64,000 nucleotides of DNA from Leptolyngbyaceae cyanobacterium. Lineage in GTDB: Bacteria > Cyanobacteriota > Cyanobacteriia > Phormidesmidales > Phormidesmidaceae. A model generated the notes under the pieces. The model made no database searches and was not told the origin of the DNA. It worked only from the letters and a program-made list of their open reading frames with translations. The stretch lies in contig CBDHHL010000056.1 in assembly GCA_965263355.1 (NCBI GenBank), forward strand, positions 2,016,001-2,080,000. The letters run 5' to 3'. Made by a program: the position numbers and the translations under genes. The first letter of the stretch is position 1; the number at the start of each line of letters is the position of its first letter. Of this stretch, positions 44,562 through 52,546 are shown one piece after another.

Positions 44562-45335
44562 TCGTTGGAAGGTTGTGGTTGTAGTGGCTTGGGTGTCGCC
44601 TTGGGTTGCGATCGCTTCCACGGCATATTCCGTTGCCACAGGATCACCAGTCACATCAAACTCCACATTAAACAGACCTGCACCATCAGCCACTGCAGAG
44701 GAAGACATTTCCCGTGGTGCCGATTCTCCAGTCGTAATTGCAAAGGGACCAATATCTACCAAAGACGCCGTTGGACGGGTGGCCATAATATTGAGGGTAA
44801 CCGTTGCCCCTGGCTGTGTCTGCCCAGACAACGTCAAGGTATTACCTGCAATCGTCTGGGTGGTAAATTCAGGTGCTAAGGGTAGGGTTGTTGCCGCAGC
44901 CGCAGCAACCGTCTCAGGCTCAGTAGTCTCGACGGGAGCCGTCACGGCTTCGATGGTAAACGGCCAGCTAAACTGACTCTGAACACCGGTCTGGGTTTCA
45001 AACTCAACAGTCAGCGTGTTATTCCCAAGATTGTAGTTTGAAGGTGTGGCTTGGAAACCCAAAGATAGATCGCTAGTATCAATAGAGAGGCTACCGTCTA
45101 GGGAAGTACCATTGAGCTGCACCTGAATGCTCTCTGTTTTAATCTCGGGTTGCTCGGTTAATTTGAGTTCAATGGGGCGGTCGGAAACTTCATTGGTACT
45201 AGCGGGTAATGGGAAAATTGGCTCCGCAACTTGGGCCTTTGCAACAGTAGTAACGACACCTGATGCAAGTAGTAGTCCTAAAGTTGTCAAAAATGTGAGG
45301 TAACGGTGATGAGTGAAACTAGTTTTCATATCCAT
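44559..45335 (-). CDS. Secreted protein with two Ig-like beta domains
   Basis: Signal peptide (AKA-Q), Thr-rich beta segments (LGNNTLTVEF, TLSGQTQPGATV, ADGAGLFNV), A/T/P linker. Confidence 0.75.
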   Translation of the reverse strand: MDMKTSFTHHRYLTFLTTLGLLLASGVVTTVAKAQVAEPIFPLPASTNEVSDRPIELKLTEQPEIKTESIQVQLNGTSLDGSLSIDTSDLSLGFQATPSNYNLGNNTLTVEFETQTGVQSQFSWPFTIEAVTAPVETTEPETVAAAAATTLPLAPEFTTQTIAGNTLTLSGQTQPGATVTLNIMATRPTASLVDIGPFAITTGESAPREMSSSAVADGAGLFNVEFDVTGDPVATEYAVEAIATQGDTQATTTTTFQR

Positions 45336-45515
45336 AGTGACTCCATCTATTAAGAAATATTCGTGTATTAACAAGGTCAAAAAGCCGATATTGCCTCTAC
45401 GAGAACTGCACTATACAAAAAAAATTGATACGTTTGCAACGTACGATTCCCAGAGAATTCTCTGATAAATTGCTGTTATTGATAAATTACTGTTATGTCA
45501 ATGGAGACATTGTCT

Positions 45516-45737
45516 TTAAGCATTGCACTTAAACCATTCTTGTTGCGCAAGACCATAACAATTCTTGCGCAACCTTGCGCCAAGACCTGCTGACTGCTGA
45601 TCCTCGCCCTCTATAAACGCCTGCAATAGCGTATCTGGAGTGACTGGTGACATTGTTTCTAAAGTTTGCGCAGAGGCAATGCTTGCCAGACCCAAGCAAC
45701 CTCCTATACTTATATGCAAGAGAGATAGGTATTTCAT
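45516..45737 (-). pseudogene. Truncated secreted-protein gene remnant
   Basis: Good signal peptide (ASA-Q); frame runs into an 11-bp inverted repeat and stops. Confidence 0.35.
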
Positions 45738-45839
45738 TAAATTTAAAAGTATTGATCGCTAATAAGCTACCATTGCCTAATGTGTTACTGTGTGATTTGC
45801 AAGAAAGATTTTTGGATTACTGTGTATTAGTCTAGCAGT

Positions 45840-46060
45840 AATGACTCTATCAAAATTGTACAGGGGATTATAGTAGCTCTGAGTCTCAGATCTGTTACCT
45901 CCCAATCCCATCAAAAAGCCCCCACCACAGAGGCTTAGAATCGGCAGAGGCTTAGAATGACTCTATCAAAATTGTACAGGGGATTATAGTAGCTCTGAGT
46001 CTCAGATCTGTTACCTCCCAATCCCATCAAAAAGCCCCCACCAATCGGCAGAGGCTTAGA
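45840..46060. repeat. 88-bp perfect tandem duplication (period 116) with junction stutter
   Basis: 45840-45927 identical to 45956-46043; CAGAGGCTTAGAAT occurs three times. Confidence 0.9.
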
Positions 46061-46180
46061 ATGTGTTCGGAGAGTCTGAGAGGAAAAGGCTGCCCTGAAA
46101 ATGAAGCTTTCACAGATTACGGAGTCTGCATCGGGCACCCGAGCGTATGAGCCCAAGTACCGCAACAGCTCAGGAATCTG

Positions 46181-46318
46181 TTAGCGGACGGACTTAGTAC
46201 GAGCGTCTAGCGCATCCAGGCGAGTTTCCTGGATGTTATCGACTGATTTAGTACGCGCATCCAACGCTTCTAAACGAGCAGATTGAATATTCTCAACGGC
46301 CTTAGTCTGGTTGTTAAT
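46181..46318 (-). pseudogene. Start-less 3' fragment of an 18-aa repeat protein
   Basis: INNQTKAV-ENIQSARLEALDARTKSV-DNIQETRLDALDARTKSV-R*; repeats differ mainly at synonymous sites. Confidence 0.65.
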
Positions 46319-46344
46319 TAGCCTGAGTCAGGCTACGATGCGGT

Positions 46345-47364
46345 TTATTTTTCCGCTGGATTGTAGATAAACCGAGTACAGACCACACCGTGGTCTGAGG
46401 TGCTTTTATCGTCATCCTCAACATAGTCGTTCCATATCCGCATTTCCTTAAACGACCAGACGCGCTGATCCGAGTGGTCATAAAACTGCTCGGAGACCAG
46501 TACATGGTCGATCACTTCTTGAATGCCCTTAAATTCGTGGGTGTAGTAGATGTCGCGGGTGGAGCGCATCTGTTGCAAAATGCTGGCAGTGTAAAGACCA
46601 ACGTCATTGCGATTGCCAACACGACTGGCCTCATACATACGGAATGGGGGCTGTTGGGTCAGAATCGAGAGCGTATTGCTGAGGGTGCTGTCATTGAGAT
46701 CGCCCAGTACAACAACCGGACTGTCGGTTTTCTTCATTTGTTTGGTCAAGAGGACCCTTAGGGCTGCAGCTTCTGCGGTGCGTCGAATGGTGGAAATGGC
46801 GCTGCCGATAGCTTCTTGATGTAGCTTTAAGACCTCGTTGCTAGTACGTAATTGGGTTGGGCGCTTGGACTTCAGATGAGTGGCAAAGACTTCTATGGTA
46901 GGGAGTTTAACGTCTTGGTGCCCCACCGACAGCTGTAGAATACTACGGGAAAACCGGTCGATTTCGATGTCTAGCTCATCGTCTTCGCCATCATCACTTT
47001 TTGGTTTATTAAGGGTGATACCGGCTGGAAAGTCCTTGTGAACCTGTTGATTTTCCACCCGCCAAGGTTTTCGCACAGCAGCCGCTACTGCAATGTTGTA
47101 CCATTTATCTCTGATAAAGCAAAGTTCATAGTCATCGGCTAGCTTCGCTTCTTTGAACAGATCAATCAGACATGGTTTAGACCACAATTCCTGAAAAGCG
47201 ATTACATCTGCATCCAGGTGAGCCAACATCTTAGCTGACCAGCTGATTTTTGCATCGTATTGTGCCTGACTGTAAGTGCTTTTGTACCATTCAATACCAG
47301 GCAGTTGGAGATTATAGAGATTGAACGTAGCAAAACTGATATTTTTAGAACCGCGTGAAGCCAT
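46345..47364 (-). CDS. Endonuclease/exonuclease/phosphatase (EEP) family protein
   Basis: ATFNLYNL, VIAFQE, THLKSK, VVLGDLND, IDHVLVS, SDHGVV; no signal peptide. Confidence 0.9.
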   Translation of the reverse strand: MASRGSKNISFATFNLYNLQLPGIEWYKSTYSQAQYDAKISWSAKMLAHLDADVIAFQELWSKPCLIDLFKEAKLADDYELCFIRDKWYNIAVAAAVRKPWRVENQQVHKDFPAGITLNKPKSDDGEDDELDIEIDRFSRSILQLSVGHQDVKLPTIEVFATHLKSKRPTQLRTSNEVLKLHQEAIGSAISTIRRTAEAAALRVLLTKQMKKTDSPVVVLGDLNDSTLSNTLSILTQQPPFRMYEASRVGNRNDVGLYTASILQQMRSTRDIYYTHEFKGIQEVIDHVLVSEQFYDHSDQRVWSFKEMRIWNDYVEDDDKSTSDHGVVCTRFIYNPAEK

Positions 47365-47415
47365 GAAACATGCCTAATAACACAATAAAAGAGCTTGGGG
47401 CATTACAGCTCAGCA

Positions 47416-47532
47416 CCAGGGGGCACGGACTATGTTGTTTAGAGAATTTGAGGTACAGGGGAGCCATCTGTTTCCCTATATAGAGAAACAGGTCTTACCA
47501 AGATATTCCAGACCAAACTTTGTAATCTTCGT
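47416..47532 (-). repeat. Non-coding module A' (paralog of 48487-48604)
   Basis: Nearly ungapped alignment, about 70% identity by eye. Confidence 0.8.
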
Positions 47533-47535
47533 TAC
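47522..47535. promoter_or_regulatory. NtcA-consensus box
   Basis: GTA-ATCTTCGT-TAC is an exact GTA-N8-TAC. Confidence 0.55.
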
Positions 47536-47771
47536 TATGTAGCACTGCCAAACAAACTATCCAAATAGAGCCTATTCACATGGGGCTGGTTCATGCCATT
47601 TTGCATTAGAAAGAGAGAAAGAGCCGCCTGCATTACTCGCTCCTGGCTCCATAGCTCATGGGTATTTAAATAATCCTGTATTGATTGATGTAGCGTTTCG
47701 GGAATCTCGATCATCAGACTAACAGTGACTGGAGCTGTGGTAACGGCCGGAGCTGTAGTAACTAAAGTCAT
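47535..47771 (-). CDS. DUF2811 family protein
   Basis: IEIPETLHQSIQDYL..WSQERVMQAALSLFLMQNG..LYLDSLF. Confidence 0.8.
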   Translation of the reverse strand: MTLVTTAPAVTTAPVTVSLMIEIPETLHQSIQDYLNTHELWSQERVMQAALSLFLMQNGMNQPHVNRLYLDSLFGSAT

Positions 47772-48022
47772 AAATCTAAGGTCTCTTAAATTAATGGGCA
47801 CAACAAACTAGGGCCTAGTGCATTCCTCTTACCCATTGCTGCCATAACGAGGCTCGCAAAGCAGCAATGGGTACACAGGTTAAGGTTCCTTACTAGGTCG
47901 CCTGACTCAGTGGAGCTTTATTGTGCAGGAGGTAGGGGTAATTCGCAAGCACCCCTATTCTTTAGGTTTTTCTAATGCGATTTTTGGGGTGACGACACCA
48001 AGAGGGGTAAGGCATTTTTTTC

Positions 48023-48060
48023 GTTACATTTGTTGACAAAACAAGATACATCTCCATACT
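48023..48060 (+). promoter_or_regulatory. HLR1-like (RpaB) site overlapping a TTGACA-N16-CATACT promoter
   Basis: GTTACATT-TG-TTGACAAA, 1 mismatch to HLR1. Confidence 0.45.
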
Positions 48061-48066
48061 TAACGG

Positions 48067-48190
48067 TTTTCCCCAGAATCGCTGGATACCCTGGACGGTC
48101 GTCATACCCTGGGGAGAACCCCGCTCAAACTGGGGAAAAGCCAGGGAAAACCCTGGGGAAAACTCCGTTATATATTAATAAATATATTTT
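48067..48190. repeat. Cluster of DnaA-box-like 9-mers plus AT-rich tract
   Basis: TTTTCCCCA 48067; TGGGGAGAA 48110; TGGGGAAAA 48131 and 48154; CAGGGAAAA 48142; then TTATATATTAATAAATATATTTT. Confidence 0.55.
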
Positions 48191-48362
48191 GCTGAAATTA
48201 CGTAGACGTACTGGATTTCAGCAAAATAGTCCGGATGCTGAATGCCTTGCTATAAGTCTCTTTCAGAAGATAATTAGGGCTTAAACAAGGCTTAATTACT
48301 GGATGAACTTCTGAACATAGAAAATGTTTTGATTCATGGCCATGCTAATTGCCGTCAACCGA

Positions 48363-48447
48363 CACAAAAACCTTCATCAACTGGCAGAGGCTTGAAGTGT
48401 GTTGTGTATGGAGAGACTAAGTGGGAAAAGGGTGCCCCAAAATTAGC
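48363..48447 (-). repeat. Non-coding module B (paralog of 46025-46107), ends in a terminator
   Basis: Shared GGCAGAGGCTT, TGTGTT, GGAGAG, GGAAAAGG-TGCCC blocks. Confidence 0.75.
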
Positions 48448-48463
48448 AACTGGTAAACAAGGC

Positions 48464-48604
48464 AAAAAAAGCCCCTGACATCGCTGCCAGGGGCCACGGA
48501 CTGTGCTGTTTAGAGGAATTGAGAGATAGGAGAGCTGTTTATTTCTCTGTATAGGGAAACAGACTCTTGCCGAAGCATTCCAAACTGGATTTTGTGATTT
48601 TCGT
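48464..48604 (-). ncRNA. Module A, candidate sRNA with intrinsic terminator
   Basis: Minus strand: hairpin, C/U-rich stretch (CUCUCCUAUCUCUCAAUUCCUCU), then GCCCCUGGCA..UGUCAGGGGC-U7. Confidence 0.45.
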
Positions 48605-48649
48605 CGTCTCCTGCTGTGTTGTCGCTCACTCAAGTCAATACATCGCGTC

Positions 48650-49516
48650 CTAAAACAACCCCAGTTGCTGAGGGGGTGCTTTGATCAATGACCATGGCAA
48701 CGGCGGTACATCCACCCCCGCTTTTTCTAACTGCGCTTGAAAATAACGAGCAATGTTGGGTGACCTGGCTTCATTGGGACAATGGACAAAAAAGTAAACC
48801 GATAGCCCTTGGGCCAGCCATTCACCTACCTGCTGCACCCAGCTGGCTAAAAAATCAAGATTTCGATCTAGCTCAGGATGACTGATGTAACGGACTAAGA
48901 CAAAGGTTGCCGTTGTCACTGGCAATAGTGGTACCCGAGGCTTTTTCCGTTCTGAGCGTAGCTGTGGATCTGCAGCTGGATTGCTCCAGGTATAGATAGG
49001 GCGAGTATCTAGCAGGACACGCCCTGCTCCAAATCGGGTCAATAAATGATTCAACTGCTCAGAATAAGGAGCCTTAAACCAATCTAAATGACGCACTTCT
49101 ATGGCGAGGGGACTTGCTTGATGAGGCCAGCCTGCCACAAAGTGCGATAAGTCAGAAAAGAACGCGGGGCTATATCTGGGTGGCAACTGAGCAAAGATTG
49201 GTCCCAGCTTTTTGCCTAGCCCTTGCATTAAGGTTAGAAAGTCCAACGCTGCAGGTAGCTGTGACCTTAGCTCAGCTCCATGGGTAACCGTACGCGGTAG
49301 CTTGGGACAAAATCGGAATGTATCGGGTGTATTCTCGGCCCAGCGTTGCACGGTCTCTGGTGTTGGGCTGGAATAGAATGTAGTGTTTCCCTCCACGCAC
49401 GTCATGCGGTTGCCATAAAGACGCAAAAAATCAGCAGGGCGACTACCCGTTGGGTAAAAATCGCCTAGCCATTCTTTGTGGGCCCAAACAGCGCAACCGA
49501 TGCAAAACTCTGACAA
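48650..49516 (-). CDS. DUF72 family protein
   Basis: IGCAVW, VEGNTTFY, FRFCPKLP, QLPP, IEVRH, YFFVH. Confidence 0.88.
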   Translation of the reverse strand: MSEFCIGCAVWAHKEWLGDFYPTGSRPADFLRLYGNRMTCVEGNTTFYSSPTPETVQRWAENTPDTFRFCPKLPRTVTHGAELRSQLPAALDFLTLMQGLGKKLGPIFAQLPPRYSPAFFSDLSHFVAGWPHQASPLAIEVRHLDWFKAPYSEQLNHLLTRFGAGRVLLDTRPIYTWSNPAADPQLRSERKKPRVPLLPVTTATFVLVRYISHPELDRNLDFLASWVQQVGEWLAQGLSVYFFVHCPNEARSPNIARYFQAQLEKAGVDVPPLPWSLIKAPPQQLGLF

Positions 49517-49566
49517 TTTTGTGTTTTCCCAAAAGCTCTAATTCATCATGCTTTGGCTTGCCCACC

Positions 49567-49878
49567 CTACGACGCGGCTTGGGTTAATAATGGGTCGAGC
49601 TGGCCACGACTATCAAGGGCATAGAGGTCATCACATCCACCAATGTGATGGTCGTTGATAAAAATCTGAGGAACGCTGCGACGTTGGTTAGAGCGCTCAG
49701 CCATTTTGGCACGGGCCGCTTCATCACCATCGATTTTGTATTCGTTAAATGTTACCCCTTTCCACCACAATAGCCACTTGGCTCGAATGCAGTAGGGGCA
49801 GAGTTGCCATGTGTAGATCTCTACATTTGCCTTAACTGAGTCAGGAGCACGACTGAGCAAACGCTTAAGAAATTGCAT
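49567..49878 (-). CDS. grxC: Glutaredoxin 3
   Basis: CPYC, SVPQIFI, IGGCDDLYAL. Confidence 0.93.
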   Translation of the reverse strand: MQFLKRLLSRAPDSVKANVEIYTWQLCPYCIRAKWLLWWKGVTFNEYKIDGDEAARAKMAERSNQRRSVPQIFINDHHIGGCDDLYALDSRGQLDPLLTQAAS

Positions 49879-50030
49879 GGGTATATGTAGCTTTTACATA
49901 GAGGGTCAATACCGGGTTCACAACACCCGCATTTCCATGGTAATTGTTTTTGTAATGCGTTGATGTCTCGACAAAATCTATATCTCAATCGGTACTAAAA
50001 AGTCGATGCAGAATAGCGCCGTCCTGGGAT

Positions 50031-50290
50031 ATGAACTTAAACACGGTTAGGCCATGATCATCGTCACAACCCAAATCAACGACCATTGGGACAATTAAGT
50101 CATTAAGGAATAACGCTTACTGCGGCTCCTACTTCGGTGGGAGCCCTTTTTGTTTGTATGTCATGAGCTTAAACACGCCTAGGCCATGATCATCATCACA
50201 ACTCAAATCAACGACCACTGGCACAATTAAGTCATTAAGGAATAACGCTTACTGCGGCTCCTACTTCGGTGGGAGCCCTTTTTGTTTGTA
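50031..50290 (+). repeat. Two tandem 132-bp units, each ending in a cUUCGg terminator (candidate sRNA genes)
   Basis: 50031-50158 vs 50163-50290; 7 differences, all in the 5' 60 nt; GGCTCCTAC-TTCG-GTGGGAGCC-CTTTTT in both. Confidence 0.85.
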
Positions 50291-50552
50291 CCCTCTATGA
50301 AAGGGGTAAGAGCTTATAGACAAGACGGTTTAAGTGAAACTACCGATAGGGATAATGGTTGCTTGGCAGGACCTCCGGTAGGCCAAAGCATTTCAATATC
50401 CAAATGAATTAGTATAATTCAGGATTTTTTTGCGGATCTGTCAAATCTTGATAAGACTGTTTATAGAAGCATATTGGCTACAGGTAAAAATGCTGGTTGA
50501 GTGGGTGGTTAGGAATTCGCTAGGCTGAAGACTGGCTTAATCAAATGAGTTT

Positions 50553-51383
50553 ATGCTGGGTAGCGATCTAAATGTTGAAACAGCACTGGCAGCCCGCGAT
50601 CCGCAGGTAATTGCATCGTTAATGCCGAAGTGGGAATGGTTTTATGACTATTACTTTCGTACCCGCACCGATGGCTGGCACCATGTTCCCAAACAAGCGC
50701 TTTTTGTCGGGTCTCACAACGGTGGTTTGGCGGCTCCTGACTTAGTTATGTTGATGGTGGACTGGTTTCGTCGGTTTGGCTATGAGCGACCGATGTATGG
50801 TCTGATGCATGTCAAAGTCTGGCAGGCAATGCCAATGGTGGCTAAGCTGGCTAATCAGTGTGGGGCGATACCGGCTCAGCCTAAGTTTGCGATCGCAGCC
50901 CTCCAACGCGGTGCCAACGTACTCGTTTTCCCTGGTGGAGCCCAAGACGTTTTTCGTCACCACCACCAGCGTCACCAAATCCAGCTTATGGGCCGGACCG
51001 GATTTATCAAACTTGCCCTCAGGGAGCAAGTCCCCATCGTGCCAGTGATCTCTAAAGGTGCCCACGACACCTTTATCGTCTTAGCAAACTGCTACGAACA
51101 AGCCAAATGGTTACACCAGCAGGGGTTACTCCCCTGGTTTTTAGATATTGATCCAGAAGTATTTCCTATTTATCTAGGCCTACCCTGGGGTCTGGCCCTC
51201 GGCCCTATTCCTCATCTGCCATGGCCCACTCAAATCCACACCCGCATATGTCCTCCCATCACATTTACCCAGACAGGTCGTGAAGCCGCCAAGGACAACG
51301 GCTATGTTCAGCAATGCTATCAGCAGGTTGTCGATCAGATGCAACACCATCTGGACCAATTAATTCTGGATAACCTTGTATAG
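50553..51383 (+). CDS. Slr2103-like DGAT2/LPLAT family acyltransferase
   Basis: FVGSHNGGLAAPD, YGLMH, VFPGGAQDVF, GFIKLAL, PIYLGLPWG. Confidence 0.82.
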   Translation: MLGSDLNVETALAARDPQVIASLMPKWEWFYDYYFRTRTDGWHHVPKQALFVGSHNGGLAAPDLVMLMVDWFRRFGYERPMYGLMHVKVWQAMPMVAKLANQCGAIPAQPKFAIAALQRGANVLVFPGGAQDVFRHHHQRHQIQLMGRTGFIKLALREQVPIVPVISKGAHDTFIVLANCYEQAKWLHQQGLLPWFLDIDPEVFPIYLGLPWGLALGPIPHLPWPTQIHTRICPPITFTQTGREAAKDNGYVQQCYQQVVDQMQHHLDQLILDNLV

Positions 51384-51413
51384 AGGTATTACATGCAATG
51401 CCCCTACACAACG

Positions 51414-52397
51414 TTATTCACAGGTTCTAGGAGGCAGTGAAGCCCCAGCATTGATCCGAGAAAAATCATTAAGTTCCAGGGTAGCGCTAGCATAATATCG
51501 GTTGTCGTCATCCCCACGGGTACGACGCACCCTTAGAAAGGTAGCGGGTCCCCAAAACTCAAACCCCTCACCTAGATCACGGACCGCCCCATCAGGATAG
51601 GCTTGCCCACTAACCGTATTGCCACTTACGCGCCCAGTAACGCAGATGGATTCCCCATCAATGTAACTGTAAGCACCAATAATCTCATCCCCCGTCTTCT
51701 GAAAGACAAACAGCACCCCACCTCGACTCAACAGCTCTTGCTCTGAGTACACCCGATCGTCAGCTGGACCTGACACATACCGATAATTACCATCGGTCAG
51801 ACCAGCAATCGTGTCATAAAACGTTGGGGTGGCATCAGTTGCCCTTCCGGGGGAACTGCTAGGTAGTGGACTCCTTAGATCCGGCAGCTCTGAACGACGG
51901 TCACCACCGAGGTCAGGCAGTTCCACCGCCGCTGACGGACGCGACTCCGGACGTGCTGCTGGCCGAGCAGCCACTGCCTCCGCTCGACAGACCAACGAAC
52001 TATTCACTAGCTCAAATTCCTCTGGATCGTCAAAACCGACAAGTTCTCGATAGTAAGTATCGTCAGTCAGCAACAGCTGACGCACCCGATCAATAGACTG
52101 ATTCGGAAAAACCAACGACCGCTCCGACGTCAGCACCGCCTCCACAGGGCCAGGCACAAAAGACCCCAACTGTTCATAGAGAACCTCAGTTGTCCCCTCA
52201 GTTTCCGTCAGCGTAATAAAAGTCCGCATCCCCAATGGATTGGCCCCCCCCGTACTCGGATCATAGCTACAGAAGATTTTCGGGCCAGTAGTAGCAGACT
52301 GCGCCTGCAGTGGTTGGCTAACAGCATCTTGACCAGTCACAGTTGCAATGGCTGCAACCAATGCTAGCGGGAATACATGCAGATAGCGACCAACCAT
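51414..52397 (-). CDS. Secreted two-domain hypothetical protein
   Basis: Signal peptide; two Cys-bounded domains joined by a P/S/R linker with ELPDL x2. Confidence 0.75.
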   Translation of the reverse strand: MVGRYLHVFPLALVAAIATVTGQDAVSQPLQAQSATTGPKIFCSYDPSTGGANPLGMRTFITLTETEGTTEVLYEQLGSFVPGPVEAVLTSERSLVFPNQSIDRVRQLLLTDDTYYRELVGFDDPEEFELVNSSLVCRAEAVAARPAARPESRPSAAVELPDLGGDRRSELPDLRSPLPSSSPGRATDATPTFYDTIAGLTDGNYRYVSGPADDRVYSEQELLSRGGVLFVFQKTGDEIIGAYSYIDGESICVTGRVSGNTVSGQAYPDGAVRDLGEGFEFWGPATFLRVRRTRGDDDNRYYASATLELNDFSRINAGASLPPRTCE

Positions 52398-52546
52398 GGA
52401 AAATAGTTCTCGATAAAAACAACTAGGAGACTAAAAGAATTCTATGGGTTCGCGGTCCCCTAAGAATGTTCAACGGACAATATTACTTAGTCAGTATCTA
52501 CCTAATATAGCCATCCGATAGCCTTAGTCAAAGCAACCCACCCACC

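Noticed and set aside
46105..46190. Integron attC site after the repeat fragment (TAAC at the stop codon plus a long hairpin)
   Set aside because: No matching GTTRRRY end, G-U-rich stem fits RNA better, and no integrase is present
48030..48633. ORFs 48030-48284 (+) and 48355-48633 (-)
   Set aside because: They overlap the motif cluster and terminators, have TTG starts and show no protein-like features
45840..50290. CRISPR array interpretation of the tandem repeats
   Set aside because: Units are 88-132 bp, only two copies each, with no unique spacers and no cas genes
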